Part shown: piece by piece, positions 53,091-64,000 of the stretch
How the letters are laid out: every line of letters starts with the position of its first letter
Position numbering within the stretch: position 1 is the first letter of the stretch
From: Octopus vulgaris
Taxonomy: Eukaryota
Length of the DNA: 64,000 nt
NCBI GenBank assembly: GCA_951406725.2
Contig: OX597821.1
Coordinates: 53,816,001 to 53,880,000 of the forward strand
Direction of reading: 5' to 3'
Notes under the pieces: generated by a model
Seen by the model: the letters and a program-made list of their open reading frames with translations, nothing else
Told to the model about the DNA's origin: nothing
Databases searched by the model: none
Position numbers and translations under genes: made by a program

Positions 53091-55882
53091 CAACATCGAA
53101 AAATACCTTAGGAACAAACAAGATGAGGATAAATATCCGTCGAATGTAAATAATCTCTTAAATATAGAAATGTAAATAATATAGAACTGTGCAGAAAAGA
53201 ACCTTTCTACTGCTCTTACGACTCCGATAATTCACTACCATCCTCTAACTCTCTAAGTATTAACTTTATCTTATGAAAAATCACTTCCTGACAGGAACTT
53301 TCATACGATATTGTCTTTCTTGGATATACCAGTCATGATCTTCTTTGTAATTAATGAGAGACACGAGAATATTCAAAGACAAAAACCATCTGAGTGTAGT
53401 TAATGTCATCCAAGGAGAAATTCTAATATGACATTTGATCAAGCTTCAAATGTCATTGTCTAGAAATACTTGATATAATGTCTTACACAAAAGTGTTGAG
53501 ACAAAATATTTTACGTTAAAGATGTTCAAAACGCTTTTGAAGTAACAATCCTTATTTGAAAGATCTATTATTACCACTGTGCCATTACGAATGTACGCTG
53601 ATACTAAATAAATACTGAAGCAATAATAGAAAGGAATTTCAACGTATATATATATGTAGTAATTTAAAGGTAATGAAGTTCGCGTGTCTACTTTTGGAAA
53701 GTGAAAAACGGCGAGAAATAGTTTCATAGCATTTCACTGTGTGTTCTTTTTGAAAGTCTGATATTTCTTCTCCTTACAGCAAACTAGCTGTATTTCAATT
53801 TTTCCTTATTGACGAATTCTTTATTTCCAAAATACAAACGCTATCACTAGTCTTCTCACAATTTTTGATTTTCTAAAACTAGACATGTTTTTTTTTTATT
53901 GGAGAAAAATAAGTAATGGCAACGATGCAACAATTGATTCGAACATAAAAGAAATTTTCTTTTGAATTTTGTTTTCTTATGAATGTTTTTAAGAATAGTT
54001 AATACTATGTTTTTGTTTTAGGTATTGCCAATCGTATTTTTTCTCCTTTCTGTTCTGTAAACATTTTTGAAAATGAAAACAAAACTAAAAAGTTTCATTA
54101 TGAACAAAATAAATAATGATTATTTAGAAAATTTTCCCACGTTACTATTTCTTGTCTAATGCTTGGGCGCAATCTTGGTACTGAAAAGCTGTATGCTATT
54201 TCTCAACATTCACTACTGCCTCTTCCGCTACGCAGGCTGTTCCATTATAATTTCTATTTTTAATGTTGTACTCTCAGATATGTTTATGTTCGACGGAGAA
54301 TTGAATACTTTATTTAATGACAATATACAGTTACAATGCCGAATTAGAAATCAGGTGATAAACATGCAAGTGATACTCATGGTCATTATATATATCTAGT
54401 CGTAAACAAAAGTGAAATATTTTTAAAGTTTTGCACAGGTTTTCATAGGTTTTCACAAGGCTTTGTTTGTTACCAATCGTGTGAGAGTAAAATTTTAATC
54501 AACATTCAAAAGAACCATATCCTCATTCTCTTTACACTATGCAACAAATGGCTGGAAGAAAAATATTTTCCCCAACTGATACCTTTGTAATTGTCATAAT
54601 TTTCGCACTTACTACAAATGCTACATTAATTCAACAATTGCATTATGAGAAAAATTGGTAAAAAGTTGCCGTTTCTTGCACGACAAAAAATAATTACAAC
54701 ATTCTTCAATAAGCTATAAACGATAATCAATAAGTTAAAAAGAAATTATGAAATTATTATAAAAAAACACAATAGAATTAACAATAAACAAAATTATAAC
54801 TTCTGTTTATCAAGAAGAGTTACTTTGAGCGTCTCAAAATAAAAGTGCAATTATCATAAAGAAATAAAAATTCAAAACCGAACAATATTTAACCGTGTTT
54901 GAATTTAATTAAAAAAAGGAAGATTGATGAATTTAAAGAAAAATAAACTTAATGACCAAAAGGAATTTTTTTTAAATTTGTCACATGTAAAGACCAAAAA
55001 ACTGAAAATGTTTGATAATGAAACAAACTGAATAAATAAACAAATAAAGGAATATTGTTATTTTTCAAAATACCAGATGGAAAAACTAATTATTGAGTAT
55101 TGGAAAAATAGAAATAAATTTATTAGAATAAAGGTAAAACACATTTAATGCAAATAAGTTCAGAAGTAAAATAAACTTTACGGATGCAGATGTTAAAATT
55201 AAGTTAAAAATATTCATAATAATAACTTTAGATTTGCAATGTCCATAATACTATTTAATTGTTACTTTGAAATAAAATATAATTATAGTATTAGCCTTAT
55301 TATATGCTACGTATGAAAAGTGTAATTTGGAATAAAAACTAAGACAAAATATGAAAGTGCACGTTATATGACTATGAAATATAATGCATACTATAGCGTA
55401 TAATACATAGTATAATGAATCTACATAAATAACACACGGATGTCACTTCAACAGTCACACATTAATAAAGCAACCACCATAATATACACCTTTGTGCGCA
55501 TGGATGAAAGCAAAAGTTATCCTATATGTGAGTTCCTTCGTAATCAAATACTGTGTGTGCGTGTGTGTGCATGTGCGCGCACGTATGCGTGTATTAACAA
55601 CAGAAGTAGTATTACTGCTGAGAGGTAATATTTGTCCTCACGCGTGCATTTTGCATCAAAACAACAATATGAGAGTTTCTCACATGGCGACTACCGTAGT
55701 ATAGTTTGTTCTAATAAAATATCCACGTTTAAATGATGACAAATACACACACACACACACACACATACACGGTCGGCAACCAGGTTTGTCGGGTGTGCGA
55801 ATAAGAATACCAGAGTTAAGGAATGTAGTCAATAGTTGTTTCGTATATGTAAACTAGTCTTATTTTCCTACATACACACGTA

Positions 55883-56785
55883 CAGGATGTTCAGACGAAA
55901 TTTGGCAGTTTACCTTAAAGGAAAAGAAAACACAATATTACATCCAAAAATAAAAGCATTTAAAAAAATCAAAACATATTAACTAGAATATTGCCGGGAG
56001 ATAAACGTTTGCTCAAAGTAGCCGCCTTCAGCTACCTCAAGACGGCCCCGGAACCTGGCGAATACATTCCTCATTGTGTACCTCGGAAGATCTTCGATCA
56101 CTCACTTGATTTTTGGACACAAGTTTGGCCTTTGTTGTTGCAGGCAAAGCATTTGGTATTTTTTTTTAGTTGCACCCAACAAATAGTAATTTAATAGGAA
56201 TACAAACGTGGGTATTAGGAGACCAGAAATTAAGGCTGGTGAAGTCGTAATAACTCTACGATAACCACTTCTGACGCTTTCCGGAGCTATAACAATGAAC
56301 CGAATCCTGCTACCACGCGTATGGCATCCCAACTTCAATCCTCTACAGCCAGGGATTCCCCACGGCCTCATGCAGCTCCACACAGCCGCCTTCAGTATGC
56401 CTAAAGACACGTTTAATGATGTAGAGAGTAACCCCAGTATACAGACGCATTCAAAACGCCCAGTGTGTCCCATCCTACTGGCCACGGCTTTTTAGCTTTC
56501 ATTGCAGCTCTCTGTGTCACGTGCTACAGCTTCTGCAGTGTTCACAAAGCACTGAGCAGCAGCCATGATGCCAGCATGTTGATAACTGGTGTGAATCATG
56601 ATATGATCGACTTAATTCTTTTCCAGTGTTCAGATGGCTTCCAGTCTTCCATATCAGTTAACTTTTTCTCAACTACAACTTTAATATTTATGCTCTCCAA
56701 TGCCGTTGACTGCTAACCAGTCACAAAACTATTTTATGAGTAAAAGGAGACATGAAAAATTGGCGTATTTAGTCCGAACATCCTG
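55883..56785 (-). mobile_element. Internally deleted Tc1/mariner-type (maT-like) transposon with TIRs
   Basis: TIRs caggatgttcagacgaaat / atttagtccgaacatcctg with TA on the left; minus strand encodes NVFARFRGRLEVAEGGYFEQ, a Tc1-like C-terminus. Confidence 0.75.
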
Positions 56786-56993
56786 TCATTATTCTTTGCA
56801 TTTCATATTAGTTGTGGAGAAGATATCATTATAGGCTCATTAAAATTTCTCCCCTTTATCATCAGCAATGGCAGCACAATATTTACGAGGTCCCAAGGGA
56901 ACTGAAATCAATTATATTCAAAAGTGATTAGTTGTATCAGTAGGTTGAGGTAATTTTTTTTATAGACCAACACTCAAAATAATATATGAGTAA

Positions 56994-57030
<37 letters not shown>

Positions 57031-58969
57031 CACGAATATATGGACAAGCATTAATTGTTTTAGAACGTATTATGATTGCTTCCTTTTATTTGTCGGTCAT
57101 AGAAGTGAAATTTGTTAAAATAAGAACCAAGTAGCCGGATGTAATATTCTGGTTATAGAATATCAATACGTATACTGATAAAAGCGTATTGCTAAGATAA
57201 GAATGCATTTATTATTGTAGAGGTGAATTGACACAACGTTAAACAGCAATAACGTATTTCATTCTAGCCGTTTAATTATCTCAAATCTCGCCGGCATCAA
57301 ATTTATATTTCATACTTCCTGAGTTGATGAAATAAAGTACTAGATGAGAACTAGTGTCTATTAAATCGTCTATACTCATACTCTGACTTTCTTGCCTATA
57401 TTATATATTAATAATATAAATGTGATGAACTGACAGAAAAGTAGATCAGAAGTACTTAGTTACATTTCAATGGATTCTAATTTATCAAATCCCGCTGGTG
57501 TTACTAAAATAGATAGCAGAAATATATTAAGATCGACTACGCGAAAACATGCCAATTGACTATATATTCTTGGGTCTTGTTCCCATGTTGAACAGTATGT
57601 AACTGGATCCTATCTACTAGCACAAACTAGAAGAATGCATTTCATTAATGCAGATTAATCCTGCATTTGTGTCCTAAATTTCCTATGTGGCTGCTCTTAA
57701 ATTGCAAGAGAAAATATTAGGTTTGCGATATTATCGTTTTATAAAGTTTATTTGTTTTCTTTCACGTCACCAAGTACAAAAAATAATTGAAATGAATATT
57801 CTCCGCCACGCCCTCGTGGAGAAAATGGGAAATTCCTAAAATAACACATTCACACGGAGAGAAAACAAATAAAAGAATATTTAATTGTAACGGAAAATAT
57901 TAGTTGTGAACATGAACCAAAAGGAAACACTAATATTTTAACATCAACTCTTTAAATATCTCGAGAGGAAATGCTCTCAAAATCAACAACAACAATCCGT
58001 CGCAAATGTATACGAACAGAAAATAAATTGCCTAAGCTTTGCCAAGGTAACGTGAGTGACTTCGTTTTGTCCAAGGAAGACTTGAAAACAGCTCTGGCAA
58101 ATATTTTAATTGAAATCTCCTTTATTAGGAAAGATAGGGTACTGGCACTATATGTATAAAATTGAAAGCATACGACTAAAGCACAAGCTCAAATTGTACG
58201 TGACATAGGTTTCTATTAACTAGTCCTACATTATTTGAAAAATAGAACCAGATTTACTGTCAGTGACATTGTCACCGATGTCGTCTTCTGGCTAGCAGTC
58301 ACTTTCATGACACAATATGAGCATCTGGTTAGCGTAGACGTAACTTTGGGCTATATGTATTAGGGTGGGATCACCATAGATATAAAAGTTCTCATGGCCC
58401 ACAGTGTCATAAAACAATACCAAAACTGCGTTCTGTAGAAGATCTGGAAGGAATATCTTAAAGCCCAGTGTCGAAGGCAGACGACCCGCCTGTTACACAT
58501 ACAGCAAGAAAATCCATTTAAGGGATTTCTTCACCTAAATAAGAGCAACAAGAATTATTCATAGAATTACCGGTCGTAAGTAATACCAGGCGCAACTTGT
58601 GAGTTGTTTAGCATAATTGTCAGTTCTCATTGCTAATAGCATATTACGACACCAAAGAAGCCTTTGTCCATTCACAGCTGGCGAAAACATGCAGATTCAT
58701 GTAGCAGGAACAAAAACAGCTAGAATTAAGTGACCAGGGATCACCATCCTCATAAGAGTATCACGCCATCTATAAGACTGGAAATCACACGTGGGTCAAC
58801 ATCCATACGCAAACTTCTACAAAAAAAAAAAACGGAAAAGATAACAACAAAAATTTCACTAAATAGCAATTCAAAATCACCTAGATTGATGGATTTCTTA
58901 TGATGTGGAAACTCTCACTCTCCCTTCTTCCTCTCTCTCCCCCGCTCTCTCTCTCTCTATCTATCTTTC

Positions 58970-59005
58970 TGAGGAGGAGGAGGAGGAGGAGGAGGAGGAG
59001 GAGGA
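58970..59005 (+). repeat. (GAG)n microsatellite after a (CT)n tract
   Basis: Seen directly. Confidence 0.9.
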
Positions 59006-59181
59006 ACATATCTCTTGTGAAAGAGAAGTCCTATTTCGTGTGGAAGAACCAACTTCCTTCCTGAGCGAAATGGAATGCATGGTTTCTAGCAAAATTAACA
59101 AATATTTAAAGAGCCGCTCACACGATATATGCCTAGCTCTCCCGAACAAAAGTCAGGGCTTACCTGTGGCTAAACAGAAAC

Positions 59182-59228
<47 letters not shown>

Positions 59229-60301
59229 AAGAAGATGGAGAAATGAAAACATAAAGAGAAAAGAAAAGAAGAAATTAGGAAATGTGGAATCTGACAAGAA
59301 AGGAAGTCGCACTTGAAAAGAAATAGGGAGAGGAAATTGAGGAAGAACCAAGATCTTTGGTGAAAATGTGAGAAAGAAAGAAAGAAAGAAAGAAAAACAA
59401 AGAAAAACATTAGCACACGATAAAGAATAACAGAAGTAAATGTGGAAAGAGATGATATAGTGAGAAAGCAAGAAGATTGTGTATGAGGAAGGGTCAAGAT
59501 ATTAAACATTTGGAGATACAAAAATATCGACTTGGTGATGTTATACTTTATTTTGTTTCAGCTTGACAAATAGAGCAAAAATATCAACCCAAACAAAATG
59601 ATCACAGAAATAGAATAGTTTTGAATTGAGAGAGAAGTAGTTGTGAGATGAATTTTTAGTTGAGATGATGGTTAGTTAACATTCAATTAACTTCTCAAAT
59701 TTTGTCTTGATATTATTTTAGCGATCGGATGATATTCAAAAACTGTGTTAATTTAAAGTCACCTTCCTGCTGATGAAATTAATCATTATGTGTGTGTGAG
59801 CGTATGTGTGTGTGTAGGAATATGTGTGTATGTGCGCGCATGCGTGTGCATGTGTACAAGTTGAAGCGCGCATTTCACGTCACTATATATGTTACAGCTA
59901 CATTTCTATTGCCATGTTTTAATCAGTTAGTTTTGTATTGACTTGTTTTTCATTATTTTCGGAGACGAATTGTTTAACCATGTTGAGAAGTGAAAATAGC
60001 TTAATGGACTAACCCTTGATTAATAATATTTTGTTAGTGGGTACTACACATTTGTCTAAGAATCTGAAGATTCCTTGACTTAATTGCCAAAAATATTATA
60101 CTATGTAGCAACAATTATACAAATGGCAATGCATAACTTTTACTGTTGAGAATCAAAGGGATCTTTCAGTCATAATTCTATGACAGGTGATGATATAAGT
60201 ACAGTCAGCTCCAAGGGAAGAAAATAGCAGTCAAGTGGCCGTTTTGTTGAATGTAGATTAGGAAATCTGTGTGCAGTAATAGTATCGCCACAGATTCGGG
60301 A

Positions 60302-60637
60302 ACACTGCTCAATAGTTGGTTTTACCTGCGCTTTGTAGAGAGCAGCAATTGTAGAAGGCTTAACTTCTGGCCATGAAGAGAAGGGTCAAATGCTGCGATG
60401 CAATCTTATCCTCGTTAAGGTTATGCTCTCGCTAGAAAAGATCGTCAGTGATAGTGCGACTCGCTATTTGTGGTGATCGTAAGAATTCTAGTTATATATA
60501 AAGAGGTATAGTGCGATAATTTTTTTTTTGTATTAGATTGTTTTTTTACTTATTTTCAGAGACACTGCTCACCTGCGCTTTGTAGAGAGCAACAATTGTA
60601 GAAGACTCAACTTCTGGCCCTGAAGAGAAGGGTCAAA
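60302..60637 (+). repeat. Dispersed direct repeat ~75-90 bp (60302-60390 / 60562-60637)
   Basis: acactgctca..acctgcgctttgtagagagc..aattgtagaag..aacttctggcc.tgaagagaagggtcaaa occurs twice. Confidence 0.85.
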
Positions 60638-60742
60638 CGAAGATATATATATACAGAGAGGGGGACAGATAAATCTTTACACATGTGTATAAGCTTATTC
60701 ATTTAAAGAATAAACTTAGCAGTGCCCTCAAATCTGAGACGA

Positions 60743-60809
<67 letters not shown>
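60743..60809 (+). repeat. (CTA)n microsatellite
   Basis: Seen directly. Confidence 0.95.
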
Positions 60810-61532
60810 GCATATAGTAAGATGTAGTGTCTACTTTCAATTCTCTCTTGTATTTACAGCGATTTGACTTCCATAAGAATGCTTTACAAATTAGTTAACG
60901 ATTGCACTAAGGAAGTTGCTCAATTTAGTAAACATCGCTGCCTTAAAAAGAACAAACTAAATAATGCAGACGTAGATAATCTTAAAACGGCGTGTTTGTC
61001 AAGACTAGAATCTCTTTAATCATAGGTTTTCTCGATCTGATCTGACCACAGACTCATCAATATCAGCAAGTATGAAATGTATACACATCTTCATCTCTCT
61101 ACCTGTTCTCAGCGGAATAATCTCTAAGATTAAATTATGTATTCAGAACTGAGTCTACACGAGTTACTACTCAGAGTTTCTCGTTTCTGGTTTTCAAGTA
61201 AGGTAACACGCAATATATTAACTATGATCACTATTTCGATCGATCTATACCAATATTACGTTGAATGGTTATTTTGCTGATGGCTTGCTTCAAGCATACT
61301 TTACCAATTATGAACAGTTGACAATCAACAATATAGAAACTTAGCAGTAGACATTAACATACTAGATGTGCTAAGCCAACAGAGCTTAATTAATTTAAAG
61401 TATATCTGTTGTAATGGGAATAACCATTATCTAAATGAATAAGCACATACATATATGTACGAATCTCTCTCTGTCTCTATCTATCTATATCTATATATAT
61501 ATACACACAAGCTCACATACATATAATGTATG

Positions 61533-61577
<45 letters not shown>

Positions 61578-61587
61578 GTCTACATAT

Positions 61588-61651
61588 AGATAGATAGATG
61601 ATATATATATAGATAGAAGATAGATGATATATATATAGATAGATAGATGAT

Positions 61652-61732
<81 letters not shown>
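61588..61732 (+). repeat. (GATA)n microsatellite
   Basis: Seen directly. Confidence 0.95.
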
Positions 61733-61762
61733 CATGTCTACATATATATGCATATATAGATA

Positions 61763-62548
61763 CAGGACGTTGGCAAACAACAGGAAATACAAAAACAAAT
61801 GAGTTAAATACGCAAATAACGAGTGAGAAAAAAGGACAAGTAATACAAAAAATGACCCTTCATCAGATGTCGGCAGTCTAGCTACTGTCCTTCTCGAGCA
61901 ATCAACGACAATATTCAGTTTTCGAAGAGAGTTGCTCCCATAATTACCAAAATAAAATTTTGGATTTATGGAGAGTCAAAGTTGGGAACACAAAACAGGA
62001 CAGTGGAGACATACAGGGAAAGCAAACTAAAACAAGCACGGGGGGTCGTTAGACCTGAACGAGGGGAAAATAGTGAACGCTGAGAGAAATATTTTCTTTG
62101 AAAGAGAAAAGATAGAAAAGAGATAGATAGAAGACGTTCAGTCCTTACAATGTCCGTGCTGGAAAGAAAGATGGTTACGTGAGGAAAAGAAAGATGGACT
62201 ATGGACACGTGTGAGCAACGAGAGAGAGAAAAAAAGAGAATGATGGAGAGAGAGACAGATAGAAAACGATGAAATAGAGAAAAAAAGGACATTAGAGAGG
62301 ATAGAGGAGAAAACAGTATAGAGTAGAGTTGCATCAAAGATATTAAGTTAAGCTTACTTGGAAATGAATGCGTGGCGTTCAATTAAATAATAATATAAAT
62401 AATATAAATATATATATATATGCATATATGGGGAAAGGACGACACCAACAGTAAACAACATGAAATAAGAAAACAAATGAGTTAAATAACGAGAGAAAAA
62501 TGGACAAGTAATACAAAGAATGACCCGTCATCAGTTGTCGGCTGTCTA
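61763..62548 (-). mobile_element. Partial-tandem (~1.2-mer, period ~668 bp) non-coding element with CTGATGA motif, between TA-rich tracts
   Basis: Terminal direct repeats ~61763-61880 and ~62436-62548 (aaacaaatgagttaaata..ggacaagtaatacaaa.aatgaccc.tcatcag.tgtcggc.gtcta). Confidence 0.65.
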
Positions 62549-62557
62549 TACATATAT

Positions 62558-62644
<87 letters not shown>

Positions 62645-62666
62645 CATACATACATACATACATACA

Positions 62667-62700
<34 letters not shown>

Positions 62701-63937
62701 CATGTTAATCAGCTGAAGTCATAAAGTTACTCAGGGTCCGAGTGGCCTTTCCGAAACTCTCGGCTCTTGAGTCACTTTGTAAGCTCTGAGAGGTAATTTT
62801 TTTTTTAATCCACGCATACACATAACCGTGCGTTTAACAAATTGTATATTCTGACTTGACTGAGGGTACTTCTTGTTCGTGATGAATTTATATATTCTGT
62901 GGGAATCACAGTTTCGGATAACACTAACCGAGGAAAAACAACATCAATCCTTTTGAATTCAGCACTTTTCTACTATATGCTGCAAACTATTCAATGTTCA
63001 TGTATGTCATTTATATTTTCGCAATAATACAAGTTTTCCAAAGGCTTCTTGAATCGCATGTAATTAGCGTTATGTTATGTTGCGTTGTGTTGTATTCTGT
63101 TAGTATTTGCGTCCGTGCGTGCGTGTATGTATGTGTGTGCATATGTAAACAAGAATTTCTTCACTATCAGAGGGTTTACAAAAGCTGCACGAAGAACAGG
63201 ATACTTATTTTACGATAAAAAATGCAATTAACTGTCAAAGCACTTACTGACTCTGCATGCGGCATCATACGTTTTGCACGTTCTTTCAGTTAAAATATAC
63301 TTGCGTTGTACATCATTTCAGAAAAGAAAGATGGACTTACCTAGAAAACAAAAAAAAAGAAACAACAGTTAAACTATTATCATATCACAATTATCTGAAG
63401 TAGTTAAGAATAATTAGCATATAACTTCGTTATATATAAACTATTCTACACGTTAAAAAGGTTTCATTAAAAATCTAAATTATAAGTAATGTATTTGTAC
63501 TTCAAAATTTTATATGTGAAATCCGATGTTGAAACAGTTACTGTTATACTTGGGGGTGGGCATATTTTGCCAATTAAGCACAGATACTATATATTGGTCT
63601 TCATTTCAGCTTTATTGATGGAATAAGCAGAACAAGAGGAGACACGTTGGACAGAGTCGTCGAAAAGGTCCCAAGGTGTGTGACGAAAGAACTTTGACAA
63701 AGAAACTAAAATAATAATAAAGCTCAAGGGAAGACTAAATATATAGTGTGTGTTTAATTGGCAATATATGACCATCTCCAACACTTCATTATGGTGATGT
63801 ATGTATAATCAGGTTATACAATTCACGCGTGCATACGCTAACGTAGCATCTTTGTAGAAATTTACACAGAGCTTCAATACTTCTCTTTCTTTTCAATATA
63901 AACACACAAGGGAAGTATATTCATATATTGTTTTAAT

Positions 63938-64000
63938 TGACGGAATCGTTGGCGAAAAAATCGTTGTGCATTTGTTTCGGCTCTTTATGTTTTGAGTTCA
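63938..64000 (+). mobile_element. SINE family B head (runs off the window end)
   Basis: tgacggaatcgttggcg...ggctctttatgttttgagttca. Confidence 0.5.

Larger units (their letters stand above)
51743..53189 (+). mobile_element. Penelope-like retroelement, 5'-truncated, inverted pLTRs, 13-bp TSD
   Basis: TSD tgcagaaaagaac at 51730-51742 and 53190-53202; inverted pLTR ~51743-52010 vs ~52920-53189; internal RT-thumb + GIY-YIG coding remnant. Confidence 0.9.

Noticed and set aside
53446-53727. ORF with RNGT motif (Helitron helicase-like?)
   Set aside because: Only a 4-residue resemblance; no other helicase motifs.
58905-59246. 113-aa ORF with poly-Glu
   Set aside because: Built from (CT)n, (GAG)n and (TG)n repeats, with a GTG start and no recognisable domain.

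Overview
AT-rich, microsatellite-dense eukaryotic non-coding DNA. The tRNA-derived SINE families, (TA)n/(CA)n/(AAT)n load and LINE mix resemble an octopus/coleoid cephalopod genome (inference). I can support no host protein-coding exon: almost all listed ORFs are microsatellite read-throughs or transposon debris. Mobile element remnants include RTE, Tx1/L1 and R4/Dong LINEs, two Penelope-like (PLE) fragments, two non-autonomous Helitrons, two Tc1/mariner-type remnants, a foldback element carrying telomere-like repeats, and at least three SINE families. The main signal not explained by the ORF track is a set of about 9 short non-coding elements from several unrelated families. Most sit in or next to (TA)n tracts and carry a hammerhead-ribozyme (HHR) core (CTGAnGA...GAAAC...GTH), several with an unusually long stem II insertion. 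They are arranged as inverted arms or ~1.2-mer partial tandems, which suggests retrozyme-like RNAs mobilised by Penelope machinery. One Penelope copy (13-bp TSD, RT-thumb + GIY-YIG) has inverted pLTRs that both contain a tRNA-derived Pol III promoter, with an HHR downstream of it in one arm. All structures were read by eye; none were computed.
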